From the NCBI GenBank assembly GCA_003645885.1, contig QNCW01000003.1, positions 1 through 32,386 on the forward strand: a DNA stretch of 32,386 bases, read 5' to 3'. Positions within the stretch are counted from its first letter, which is position 1. Every line of letters starts with the position of its first letter. Positions 6,937 to 16,156 of this stretch are shown here, in pieces. The notes below the pieces were generated by a model. It made no database searches. It had not been told where the DNA came from and saw nothing but the letters and a program-made list of their open reading frames with translations. A program made the position numbers and the translations under genes. The stretch is from Candidatus Latescibacterota bacterium. Lineage in GTDB: Bacteria > Latescibacterota > 4484-107 > B68-G9.

Positions 6937-7816
6937 GCGTTACCTCCGACCTGAGGTGGTCTCCCGCTTGGGAAGGACCGAGCTTGTGGCCAGGCTCGTC
7001 GTCGAGGGGTTCCTTACCGGGCTCCACAGGAGCCCTTACCACGGGTTTTCGGTGGAGTTCGCGGAGTACAGGCCCTACCTCCCCGGGGACCCTCCGAGGG
7101 ATGTGGACTGGAAGGTGTACGGCAAGACCGACAGGCTCTACGTTAAGGAGTACGAGGAAGAAACCAACCTTAAGGCCTACATAATGTTGGATGGAAGCAA
7201 TTCCATGGGCTTCACATCCGGGGAGGTAACCAAGTTCGAATATTCCAAGTACCTCGCCGCTTCCCTGTGTTACCTCCTCCTGAGACAGAGGGACGCCGTA
7301 GGCCTTGCGGTCTTCCGGGAGGGGATGACCTCCTACCTCCCCCCACGCTCCGTCCCCTCGTACCTTTACGAGCTCCTCCGCCGTCTGCCGTCCTCCCCCC
7401 AGGGGAGGACCCAACTCGGCCCGGCCCTGCACTCCTTAGCCGAGCGCGTAACCAAGAGAGGGCTCGTGGTCGTGCTCTCGGACCTTATGGACGACCCGGA
7501 GGAGGTCCTCGCAGGGCTCAAGCACCTAAGGCACAGGAAACATGAGGTCATAGTCTTCCACATCTTGGACCCTGCGGAACTTTCCTTTCCCTTCCAGGAA
7601 CCGGCCGTATTTCGTGGCATGGAGGGTGAGGGGGAGGTGAGCTTGGAGCCTTGGCATATAAGGGAGCACTACAGGAGGATGGCCTCTGATTGGGTCGGAA
7701 GGCTCGAGGGGGAGTGCAGGGAGCATGGGATAGACTACACGCTCCTGAGGACCTCGGACCCCTACGACGTTGCCCTCCTCAGATACCTGGCCCGGCGCAG
7801 GGTCGTGGCCTCGTAG
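6917..7816 (+). CDS. DUF58 domain-containing (vWA-like, MoxR-associated) protein
   Basis: GLHRSPYHGFSVEFAEYRPYLPGD, VDWKVYGKTDRLYVKEYEEETN, LDGSNSM, VVLSD. The likely start is the ATG at 6917, overlapping the gltA 3' end. Confidence 0.9.
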   Translation: MELNDFKRYLRPEVVSRLGRTELVARLVVEGFLTGLHRSPYHGFSVEFAEYRPYLPGDPPRDVDWKVYGKTDRLYVKEYEEETNLKAYIMLDGSNSMGFTSGEVTKFEYSKYLAASLCYLLLRQRDAVGLAVFREGMTSYLPPRSVPSYLYELLRRLPSSPQGRTQLGPALHSLAERVTKRGLVVVLSDLMDDPEEVLAGLKHLRHRKHEVIVFHILDPAELSFPFQEPAVFRGMEGEGEVSLEPWHIREHYRRMASDWVGRLEGECREHGIDYTLLRTSDPYDVALLRYLARRRVVAS

Positions 7817-7835
7817 CACCCGTCGGAAGGATTTC

Positions 7836-7879
7836 AAACTTATAGGGGAGGCGGCCTTAGGCCGCCTCCCCTAAGTTTT
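7836..7879. terminator. Bidirectional intrinsic terminator between convergent DUF58 and fhs
   Basis: 14-bp stem TAGGGGAGGCGGCC-tta-GGCCGCCTCCCCTA flanked by AAACT and AGTTTT. Confidence 0.85.
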
Positions 7880-9630
7880 CAGAACAGCCCCTTCGTGAGG
7901 CCGGTCTCCAGGTCTACGTCCACGTCCACGAAGGCAGGTCTGGACGGAAGCCCTGGCATGGTCTGCATGGTCCCGCAGATCGGGTAGTAGAACCCGGCCC
8001 CTACCGATGCCCTTATGTCCCTTATGGGGAGCTTGTAGCCCTTCGGTGCCCCGAGCCAGTTGGGGTCGTGGGATATAGAAAGGTGGGTCTTGGCTATGTT
8101 GATGGTCATGGGAGAGAAGCCTATCCTTTCGAACATCTTCAGCTTCCTGTCCGCCTCGGGGTCGTACTCGACGCCGTCGGCCCCGTGGACCTTGGTGGCG
8201 AGGATGTGGATCTTCTCCCTTACGGGGGTATCGTCGTCGAACAACGGCTTGAACTCGTGGGGCTTCTCCACCGCCTTGAGGACCTCCTCCGCAAGCTCCA
8301 GGGCCCCTTCCCCACCCTTGGCCCAACATTCCACCACAGCGGCTCCGTCAGCTCCGAGTTCTAAAGCCATCTTCTTCACAAGTTCCAGTTCCTTCTCGGT
8401 GTCGGAGGTGAAGCGGTTTATGGCCACCACCACGGGGACCCCGAAGAGCTTGACTATCTCTATGTTCTTGGCTAAATTCGTCCTACAGCCCTTCTCCAGG
8501 GCCGGGAGGTTCTCGGTCTCGACGGCCTCCTTGATCTTGGAGTACTTCATCCCTGGCTTGAAGTGGAAGGCCCCTCCGTGCTGCTTCAGGGCCCTCACCG
8601 TGGCCACGACGACGGCGCAGTCGGGCTTTATCTCGTAACCTGCCCACCTCGCCTCCCTACAGGTCACCTCGCAGAACTTGGTGAACCCACAGTCCGCTCC
8701 GAAGCCGTTCTCCGTGACCACGTAGTCGGCGAGCTTCAGGGCCACGAGGTCGGCTATGGTGGAGTTGTTGCCGTGTGCCACGTTCGCGAACGGGAAGCCG
8801 TGGCATATCATGGGGTGCCCTTCGGTGGACTGGACGAGGTTGGGCTTTATGGCATCCTTGAGTAACACTGTCATAGCTCCTGCGACCTTCAGGTCCTCGC
8901 AGGTCACGGGCTTGCCGTCGTAGGTGTAGCCCACGACCGCCCTCCCTATCCTCTCCCTCAGATCCTTCAGCCCTGTGGTGAGGGCGAGTATGGCGGCGGT
9001 CTCGGTGGCCACTGTTATGTCGTAGCGGGCCACCCTTGGGTACCCGTTCGCCCTCCCTCCGAGCCCGACTACGACCTCCCTCAGGGCCCTAGCGTTCACG
9101 TCCACGCAGTAGGTCCAGGTTATGTTGAGGGGGTCTATGTTCAACTTGTTCTTGTGGAGTATGCTCGCATCTATGGCGGCGGCGCAGAGGTTGTGGGCCG
9201 TGTCCACGGCGTGGATATCGCCCGTGAAGTGGAGGTTGATCTGCTCCATAGGTAGGGCCTGGGAGTACCCTCCACCTGTGGCACCTCCCTTTATCCCGAA
9301 GGTGGGACCCTTGGAGGGCTCCCTGAAGGCGTTTATGACCTTCTTCTTCATGAGCCAGAGGGCCTGTCCGAGGCCGAACGAGACCACGGTCTTCCCTTCC
9401 CCTAAGGGGGTCGGGGTTATCGCCGTCACCGCTATCAACTTCCCGTTCGGCCTGTCCTTGAGCCTCTCCATCACTTTGGCGTAGTCTATCTTGGCTATGT
9501 ACCTCCCGTAAAGCTCTATCTCCTCCTCCAGGAGCCCAGCGTCCTTGGCCACATCCACTATCGGCCTGAGCTCGGCCTCCTGGGCGATCTCAAGGTCCGA
9601 AGGGACCGGCCACCTCTTCTTTACAGGCAT
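7879..9630 (-). CDS. fhs: Formate--tetrahydrofolate ligase
   Basis: 583 aa; TAITPTPLGEGKT, GPTFGIKGGATGGGYSQ, INLHFTGDIHA, PFANVAHGNNS, VATVRALK, AKTHLSISHDP, MQTMPGLP. Confidence 0.96.
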   Translation of the reverse strand: MPVKKRWPVPSDLEIAQEAELRPIVDVAKDAGLLEEEIELYGRYIAKIDYAKVMERLKDRPNGKLIAVTAITPTPLGEGKTVVSFGLGQALWLMKKKVINAFREPSKGPTFGIKGGATGGGYSQALPMEQINLHFTGDIHAVDTAHNLCAAAIDASILHKNKLNIDPLNITWTYCVDVNARALREVVVGLGGRANGYPRVARYDITVATETAAILALTTGLKDLRERIGRAVVGYTYDGKPVTCEDLKVAGAMTVLLKDAIKPNLVQSTEGHPMICHGFPFANVAHGNNSTIADLVALKLADYVVTENGFGADCGFTKFCEVTCREARWAGYEIKPDCAVVVATVRALKQHGGAFHFKPGMKYSKIKEAVETENLPALEKGCRTNLAKNIEIVKLFGVPVVVAINRFTSDTEKELELVKKMALELGADGAAVVECWAKGGEGALELAEEVLKAVEKPHEFKPLFDDDTPVREKIHILATKVHGADGVEYDPEADRKLKMFERIGFSPMTINIAKTHLSISHDPNWLGAPKGYKLPIRDIRASVGAGFYYPICGTMQTMPGLPSRPAFVDVDVDLETGLTKGLF

Positions 9631-9667
9631 CTTACCCCCCTTCCGTTTGGGCCTATCTTTCTATTCA

Positions 9668-9731
9668 AATTTACGAAATAACCTTTTAGATGTCAAGGAA
9701 GCTTGACACCGGGAGGAGGTTTATGTAACTT
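9668..9731. promoter_or_regulatory. Back-to-back sigma70 promoters for fhs (-) and hrcA (+)
   Basis: Minus strand: TTGACA(9696-9691)-N17-TAAATT. Plus strand: TTGACA(9703-9708)-N17-TAACTT. Confidence 0.7.
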
Positions 9732-9756
9732 TAAACCCTAGAAAGGGGGGATGTCC

Positions 9757-10791
9757 ATGACGGAAGAGCTTTCCGAAAGGGACCGCACGATCCTTCATTC
9801 CGTGATACATACGTATGTAGAGACCGCCGTGCCGGTCGCCTCGCAGACGATATGCAGGAGGTACCGGTTGGGGCTCAGCTCCGCCACTGTCCGCAACACT
9901 ATGATGGAGTTGGAGGACAAGGGGTACATAAGCAGACCCCACGTCTCCGCCGGGAGGGTCCCCACCGACAAGGGATACAGGTTCTACGTGGATGTACTCA
10001 TGCCCCGCAGGTACCTTTCGGAGTCGGAAAAGGAGACCTTCAGACGGAAGGTCCGGGACGCCGTGCGGGAGGAACAGGTGGACCGGATTTTAGAGCAGGT
10101 GGCCCGGGCGTTGGCCGATATGGCCAAACAGCTTGGGGTCGTTTTGGCACCCAGCTTCGAGAACGGCATCTTGGACAGGATAGAACTGGTCCCCCTGACT
10201 TCGCAGAGGTTGCTTCTAGTGCTCACCATAAGGTCCGGGCTTGTAAAGACGGTGGTGCTTAGGGTGGAATCTCGGGTCAGACCGGAAGATGTGGAGGAGA
10301 CCCGTCAGGTCCTCAATCAGAGGCTCGCCGGTCTGACCATCGGGGAGATAAGGCGTTCCATCGGTGAGCGTATGCGAGGGGTCGGAAGGGGGGACCCTAA
10401 GGTGCTTCAGGTCATAGTGAAGGAAGCAGAAGAGCTGTTTTGGTTCAGTCCATTCGAGGACCTATATATAGGCGGTATACCTTACATCTTCTCCCAGCCC
10501 GAGTTCAGGAACCCGAGGAGGGCGAAGGCCATCGTGAGCCTTCTCGAGGAGAGGGGGGCTGTGACCGAAATGTTGGCCGAGAGGATGGACCGGCCCGGGG
10601 TGCACATATCCATAGGACATGAGCACCAAATCAGGCCCATGCAATCCTGTAGCTTACTTACCGCCACCTATCAGGTAGGGAACGTTTCTGGGGTTGTGGG
10701 GGTCCTGGGGCCGACCCGTATGAGATATTGGAAGCTTTCCGCCTTGGTGCAGTACGCCGCCCAGCTCATAGAGGAGCTGTTGAGGAATTGA
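9757..10791 (+). CDS. hrcA: Heat-inducible transcription repressor HrcA
   Basis: PVASQTI, LSSATVRNTMMELEDKGYISRPHVSAGRVPTDKGYRFYVD, C-terminal GVLGPTRMRY. The ATG at 9757 fits the SD spacing better than 9751. Confidence 0.95.
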   Translation: MTEELSERDRTILHSVIHTYVETAVPVASQTICRRYRLGLSSATVRNTMMELEDKGYISRPHVSAGRVPTDKGYRFYVDVLMPRRYLSESEKETFRRKVRDAVREEQVDRILEQVARALADMAKQLGVVLAPSFENGILDRIELVPLTSQRLLLVLTIRSGLVKTVVLRVESRVRPEDVEETRQVLNQRLAGLTIGEIRRSIGERMRGVGRGDPKVLQVIVKEAEELFWFSPFEDLYIGGIPYIFSQPEFRNPRRAKAIVSLLEERGAVTEMLAERMDRPGVHISIGHEHQIRPMQSCSLLTATYQVGNVSGVVGVLGPTRMRYWKLSALVQYAAQLIEELLRN

Positions 10792-10807
10792 GGGGCCTTC
10801 GCACTTC

Positions 10808-10837
10808 TTGACTTTCGTTTCCTTCCCTTGTTAATTT
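10808..10837 (+). promoter_or_regulatory. Putative sigma70 promoter for the TPR-crp-CNNM-era operon
   Basis: TTGACT-N18-TAATTT with TGn extension, ending 7 nt before the GTG at 10845. Confidence 0.55.
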
Positions 10838-10844
10838 ACGTTCC

Positions 10845-13800
10845 GTGACATTTCTACTCCTCCTTCTGGCGAACTTCCACCCGGCTCGGGCCGGGGACGA
10901 TTTCCAGTTCGCCCGCAAGCTTTACAGGGATGGTTTCTACGAGCTTGCGGCAGCCCAACTTAGATGTTTCCTGGAGGAAGACCCCTCCGGCCCCGATGCC
11001 CCGGAGGCCCTCCTCCTCATGGCCCACGCCCTGTCCAAGGAGGGGAGGTGGAAGGAGGCAGCGGAAGCTTACGGACGTTTCTTAGCGAGGTACCCCGAGG
11101 ACATATGGGCTGGGGAGGCCCTTTGGGGGAGGGCTTTGAGCCTCTCCAAGCTCGGCAGACACCTCGAGGCTGCCGAGGCCTTCGTAGAACTTTACCGCCG
11201 CATTCCAGCCGGGAAGCGAGCGGTTTCGGCCCTTCTGAAGGCCGCCGAAAGTTTCAGGAGGGCCGGGAGACCTGACAGTGCCCTGAGCGTCCTCGGGGAG
11301 CTGGAGAGGACGTTCCCCTCGGCAGAGGAGGTCAGGTACGAGAAAGCTCTATGTCTTAAGGCCTCCGGGAGGCTCCGGGAGGCCCTCGAAGAGCTTGAGG
11401 GTCTGTCCCGGCCGGACGCCCTCCTGACCCTCGGCCGTATATCTTTGAGCTTGGGAGAGGTGGCCCGGGCCGAAGGGGCCCTGAGGGAGCTCGAGGAGAA
11501 GTTTCCCGAGGAAAGTTCAACCGCCCTCCTGGCCTTCGAGATGGCACAACACAGCTTAGAAGAAGGGGACGAGGACCGAGCCCGCCGCCTGTTCGCATCT
11601 GCCCTCGGCTCCTCCCTGCCGGAGGACCTCGTTCCCTCGGCCCTTTTGGGTGCCGCAAGGGCCTCCCGCCTTACGGGCGACGCCTCGGACGCCCTCGCCC
11701 GCTGCGATGCATTCCTGAACAACTTCCCCGGACATCCCCTGGAATCCGATGTCCTGGCCGAGAGGGTCCTCTGCCTTCTAGTCTTGGGGGAGGAGGAAGA
11801 TGCCCTTTCCACCGAAAGGAGGCTCCGACGGGAATTCCCGGACTCCCCCTTACTTCCCCTCGTATGGAAGGCCTTAGGAGATTTCTACAGGGAAAGGGGC
11901 GAGCTTTTAGATGCCGTGAGGTACTACAAAAGTTGCTTGAGGAAGGAGCATGGGGAGGACGTGGCGCTGGCCTTAGCCGAGACCTACCGCTCCCTCGGAT
12001 GGTACGAGGAGGCCCTCAGGATATATCAGGGAACGAGCTGGGAGGACTCGGCCGCCTCGGCACAGTGGGGACTTGCCGAGTGCTTGGAGGAGATGGGGGA
12101 CCCGAGGGCGGCAGGGGAGTACGCTCGCTTCCACAGGCGTTTCCCCTCCGACCCAAGGTCGGAGGAGGCGAAGAAGAAGGAATCGTTCCTCAAGGCTCGC
12201 TCCCCGAACTTGGAAGGGGCCATCCGGGCCCTGGCCGAGGCCGAAAGTGGATCGGAAGAAGCTTTGGCGGAGGTTTACCTCTCGCTCGGAAGGCCCGAGG
12301 AGGCTATGAGGCTCCTTTCGAAGGAGGTGGAGGACACCACTGCGTCTGATACCGTGCTCTACCTGTTCGCCAGGAGCGCCCTGCTTTCCGGAAGGAGGCA
12401 AGAAGCCCTCTCAGCCTACAGGAGGCTGATCTCTCGGTATCCGGAAAGCCCCTACTCCGAAGAGGCCTCGCTTTTCGTCCTGAGGGAGAAGCTCTCCCAT
12501 ATACCGGAAGGACGGGGACTTTACGAGGCCATGCTTTCCGGATACTCCGAACTTCTCAGGCGCTACCCCTCAGGCGACAGCACGGACGCCATAATCTTCG
12601 GCATAGCAAATGCCTACAGGGGACTTGCCTCCTACGACAGTTCGGAGGTCGCGAGGGCCCTCTCATGGATGGACAGGCTTTGGAGGTACTACCCCGAAAG
12701 TTCCTACGCCGACGACGCCATGTTCTGGGCCGGAAAGCTAGCCCTCAGACGAGGTGCCCTCTCCTATGCGGATTCGACCCTCTCCAAGCTCGTCGAGGAA
12801 CATCCCGAAAGTCCCTTTTCGCCGAAGGCTTACGAGCTTCTGGGGGAGATAGCCTTAAGAAGTGGTCGGGAGGACCTCGCCGCCCGATACTGGGAGGAGG
12901 CTTTGTCCAGCCTTCCCGAGGACGAGGAGCTCTTAGGGCGCCTGGCCGAACTCTACATCTCGCTCGGGAGCCCGGAGAAGGCCGTCCCTCTCTACCGGAG
13001 GCTCGTGAGGTTGAGGGAGACCCCAGAAAGGCTCGAGGCCTTGGCCTCTTCCTGCCTTATGGCCTCCCTTAAGGAGGAGGCCGTAAGGTGGTACGGGGAA
13101 CTGATCTCAAAATATCCCGACCTCGGAGATTCGGTCCGCATAGCCTACGGCGAGCTTTTGGCAGAACTTGGAAGGAAAGAGGAGGCCGTAGAGGTCCTAA
13201 AGAAGGTCGAATCCCCCGGGGCCCTTTCCCTCTTAGCGGACATGCTCTACGAACTTGGCAGGTACGAGGATGCCCTCGCCGTCTACGGTAGGCTCGGAGC
13301 GCTCGGGAAGGAGGATTTCGGCAGGAAGATCCTTTGTCTTATAACCTTAGGAAGAAAGGAGGAGGCTCGGAGGCATATAAAGGCCTTCCACAAGAGGTTC
13401 GGAAAGGGGGGGGAATGGGACGACAGGTTCAACGTGGCCTTCGGAAGGGAGGCCTTGGATAGGGGCTTGTACAAGACCGCAAGGGAATATTTGAGAAAGG
13501 TCAAGGGAGGCAAATACCTCCCCCAAGCCCGCTATTATATAGCCCTTTCCTACTTTAAGGCCAAGGAGATGGACAAGGCCATAGAGTCCTTCTTAAGCCT
13601 CGTAAAGATGGACCCCGAGGCCTCCATCCTGAGGAAGGCCCATATGCGCTTGGGGACCTTATATTACCTCACAAGCCAGTACGCCCTGGCAGCGGACTCC
13701 TACAGGAAGGCCCTCTCGGAAGGAATCTCGGGCAGGGAGGCCCAGGAGGCCCGTTTCAACCTGGCCCTCTCATACGAAAGGCTCGGAAGGTACGAGGAGG

Positions 13801-14243
13801 CCCTTTCCGAGCTGGAGGCTTTGGAGAGGGACTTCCCCGAAAGCCCCCTCCTGAAGAGGGCCGAGATAAAGCGAGGGATCTACATGATGAAGCTCAGGAG
13901 GTACGAGGAGGCCATAAGACATTTCGAAGCCTTACTTCCTAAGGTGGACAGAGCAACCCAGGCCGAACTTTGGTTCCACATAGCTGAGGCGTACGCTTCC
14001 TTGGGCAGGTACGAGGAGGCTGCCTTAGCTTACCTGAGGATATCCTACCTCTATCCCGAACAGAGGCTCTGGGCCGTCACAGCGGAGTACGAGGCCGCTG
14101 GGGTGCTCGGGAGGATGGGGAGGTCAGAGGATGCGAGGAAGTTGTACGAGGATATACTTAAGACGCACGGGCCCCAAAGCGAATGGGGTCGGGCCGCCTC
14201 CGAAAGGCTAAAAGAGCTTAAAGGGAAAGCCCATGAAGATTAA
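10845..14243 (+). CDS. Large exported tetratricopeptide-repeat protein (CpoB/BamD-like repeats)
   Basis: 1132 aa; short hydrophobic N-terminus ending ARA; many TPR helix pairs ending in YP/FP-x-S turns. Confidence 0.85.
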   Translation: MTFLLLLLANFHPARAGDDFQFARKLYRDGFYELAAAQLRCFLEEDPSGPDAPEALLLMAHALSKEGRWKEAAEAYGRFLARYPEDIWAGEALWGRALSLSKLGRHLEAAEAFVELYRRIPAGKRAVSALLKAAESFRRAGRPDSALSVLGELERTFPSAEEVRYEKALCLKASGRLREALEELEGLSRPDALLTLGRISLSLGEVARAEGALRELEEKFPEESSTALLAFEMAQHSLEEGDEDRARRLFASALGSSLPEDLVPSALLGAARASRLTGDASDALARCDAFLNNFPGHPLESDVLAERVLCLLVLGEEEDALSTERRLRREFPDSPLLPLVWKALGDFYRERGELLDAVRYYKSCLRKEHGEDVALALAETYRSLGWYEEALRIYQGTSWEDSAASAQWGLAECLEEMGDPRAAGEYARFHRRFPSDPRSEEAKKKESFLKARSPNLEGAIRALAEAESGSEEALAEVYLSLGRPEEAMRLLSKEVEDTTASDTVLYLFARSALLSGRRQEALSAYRRLISRYPESPYSEEASLFVLREKLSHIPEGRGLYEAMLSGYSELLRRYPSGDSTDAIIFGIANAYRGLASYDSSEVARALSWMDRLWRYYPESSYADDAMFWAGKLALRRGALSYADSTLSKLVEEHPESPFSPKAYELLGEIALRSGREDLAARYWEEALSSLPEDEELLGRLAELYISLGSPEKAVPLYRRLVRLRETPERLEALASSCLMASLKEEAVRWYGELISKYPDLGDSVRIAYGELLAELGRKEEAVEVLKKVESPGALSLLADMLYELGRYEDALAVYGRLGALGKEDFGRKILCLITLGRKEEARRHIKAFHKRFGKGGEWDDRFNVAFGREALDRGLYKTAREYLRKVKGGKYLPQARYYIALSYFKAKEMDKAIESFLSLVKMDPEASILRKAHMRLGTLYYLTSQYALAADSYRKALSEGISGREAQEARFNLALSYERLGRYEEALSELEALERDFPESPLLKRAEIKRGIYMMKLRRYEEAIRHFEALLPKVDRATQAELWFHIAEAYASLGRYEEAALAYLRISYLYPEQRLWAVTAEYEAAGVLGRMGRSEDARKLYEDILKTHGPQSEWGRAASERLKELKGKAHED

Positions 14244-14916
14244 AGAACTGCTGCGCATAGTTCCCCTCTTTTCGGACCTCGAGGATGAGGAACTTGAACT
14301 TCTGGCCCAGGCATCCTACCCGGCCCACTTTTACAAGGGCCAGGTAATCCTCATGGAGGAGGAGGAGGGGAACACCCTTTTCGTCATAGAAAGGGGCAAG
14401 GTAAAGGTCTCGGTCCAGGACAAGGAGGGCAGAGAACTGGTTTTGGCGGTGCTCGGGGAGGGGGATTTCTTCGGGGAGATGGCGATCTTGGACGGCAAGC
14501 CCCGCTCCGCAAGTGTCGTAGCCTTGGAGGATACGCTCGCCCTCACGCTCAGGAGGGGGGACTTCTTGAACATAATCCACCGGAACCCCTGGGTGGCGGT
14601 GAGGCTCCTGGAGGAGATGGCCAAAAGGATCCGCAAGGCGGATGTTAAGATGAAGAGCTTGGCCCTCTTGGATGTTACAGGGAGGATAGTTTACTCCCTG
14701 CTCCAGATGGCCGAGGACGGCGTCAGGGTTCCCGAGGGGGTCCTCCTCCCCTCCCGGGTCACGCGCCAGCTTATAGCCGATATGTCCGGGACGTCCAGGG
14801 AGACGGTATCTCGCACCTTGGGACGGCTCAGGGACGACGGATACATACGTATAAGTGGAAGGAGGATAATACTCCTAAGGGAGGACGAACTTTGGGAGCA
14901 CTTTATCTCCCTTTGA
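14233..14916 (+). CDS. Crp/Fnr family transcriptional regulator (cNMP-binding domain + HTH)
   Basis: GEGDFFGEMAILDGKPRSAS cNMP pocket; IADMSGTSRETVSR HTH; no Fnr cysteines. Confidence 0.92.
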   Translation: MKIKELLRIVPLFSDLEDEELELLAQASYPAHFYKGQVILMEEEEGNTLFVIERGKVKVSVQDKEGRELVLAVLGEGDFFGEMAILDGKPRSASVVALEDTLALTLRRGDFLNIIHRNPWVAVRLLEEMAKRIRKADVKMKSLALLDVTGRIVYSLLQMAEDGVRVPEGVLLPSRVTRQLIADMSGTSRETVSRTLGRLRDDGYIRISGRRIILLREDELWEHFISL

Positions 14917-14917
14917 A

Positions 14918-16156
14918 ATGGATATGCTCCTTCAGATCTTAGCCTTGGCCGGTCTTCTCTTCCTCTCGGCCTTCTTCTCGGGCTCCGAGACCGCCTTTTT
15001 ATCCTTGGACGCTGGCGAAAGGTCCAAGTTCGCAGCCGAACGCTCCCTGATCTCTAAGGCCGCCGTCTTCTGGACGGCCCATCCGTGGAGGTTTCTGGCT
15101 ACGGTGGTGCTCGGGAACATGGCCGTCAACACCCTCGCATCCAGCGTCGCCGCAGGGATGCTCTGGGAGGCCTTCGGCAAGGAGGGGATCCTCCTGGCGA
15201 CCTTGTGTATGACGTGGCTGATATTGCTCTTCGGGGAGACCGTGCCCAAAAGCCTCGGGGTCAGAAGGGCGGAGGCCATCTTCAGGAAGGCAGCCCTGCC
15301 CCTGATGTTCTTCTCGTGGCTCGTCCTTCCCTTCAGGGAGCTGTTGAGGTCGCTCATGTCCTTGGTCACGCCAGGAGCACGCAACGAGGGCATAACCGAG
15401 GAGGAGCTGCGCACGGCCGTAGGGATAGGACATAAGGAAGGAGTTTTGGAGGATTTCGAAAGGGAGCTGATACAGAACATCTTGAGGGTGGACCGCATGG
15501 CCGTGAGGGAGGTTATGACCCCGAGGATAGAGATCTTCTCCCTGGACGCAGAGCTTCCTATAAAGGAGGCAGGGCGGATAATGGCCCAGAAAGGGTTCTC
15601 CAGGGTGCCCATATGGAAGGGCGACGAGGACCACATAGTGGGATACGTCCACATAAAGGACGTGCTCAAAGCCAAGGTAGAAGGGTGTGGAGGGAAACTT
15701 AAGGACATAGCGAGGAAGGTGGACTTCGTGCCCGAAAGCAAGAGGGTGGGGGAGCTCCTCAGGGAGTTCAGGAGGGGGAGGAAACACATAGCCGTAGTCG
15801 TGGACGAATACGGGGACCTGGCCGGGATAGTCACCTTGGAGGACCTGCTCGAAGGGGTGGTGGGCTGGATAATGGACGAGAGGGAGAGGTGGAGGAACCA
15901 GCCCCGCTTTCTGGACGGGAACAGGGCTTTGGTCTCCGCAAGGATGGACTTGGAGAGGTTCAACGACCTCTTCGGGACAGAGATAGATTCCGAGGAGGCC
16001 GAGACCATAGGCGGGTACCTCATGGAGAGGCTGGGGAGGGTGCCGAAGGTGGGGGATGGGATCGCTGTGGGGGACCTTGAGGTGAGGGTCGTCAGGGCCG
16101 CACCGAACAGAGTCTTGGAGGTCGAGGTGGTAAGGCTCAGGCCCGGGGGTGTATGA
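14918..16156 (+). CDS. CNNM/CorB (HlyC/CorC, hemolysin family) transporter with DUF21, CBS pair and CorC domain
   Basis: SAFFSGSETAF, FGETVPKS, VREVMTPR, FSRVPI, VVDEYGDLAGIVTLEDLLE, ETIGGY. Confidence 0.92.
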   Translation: MDMLLQILALAGLLFLSAFFSGSETAFLSLDAGERSKFAAERSLISKAAVFWTAHPWRFLATVVLGNMAVNTLASSVAAGMLWEAFGKEGILLATLCMTWLILLFGETVPKSLGVRRAEAIFRKAALPLMFFSWLVLPFRELLRSLMSLVTPGARNEGITEEELRTAVGIGHKEGVLEDFERELIQNILRVDRMAVREVMTPRIEIFSLDAELPIKEAGRIMAQKGFSRVPIWKGDEDHIVGYVHIKDVLKAKVEGCGGKLKDIARKVDFVPESKRVGELLREFRRGRKHIAVVVDEYGDLAGIVTLEDLLEGVVGWIMDERERWRNQPRFLDGNRALVSARMDLERFNDLFGTEIDSEEAETIGGYLMERLGRVPKVGDGIAVGDLEVRVVRAAPNRVLEVEVVRLRPGGV

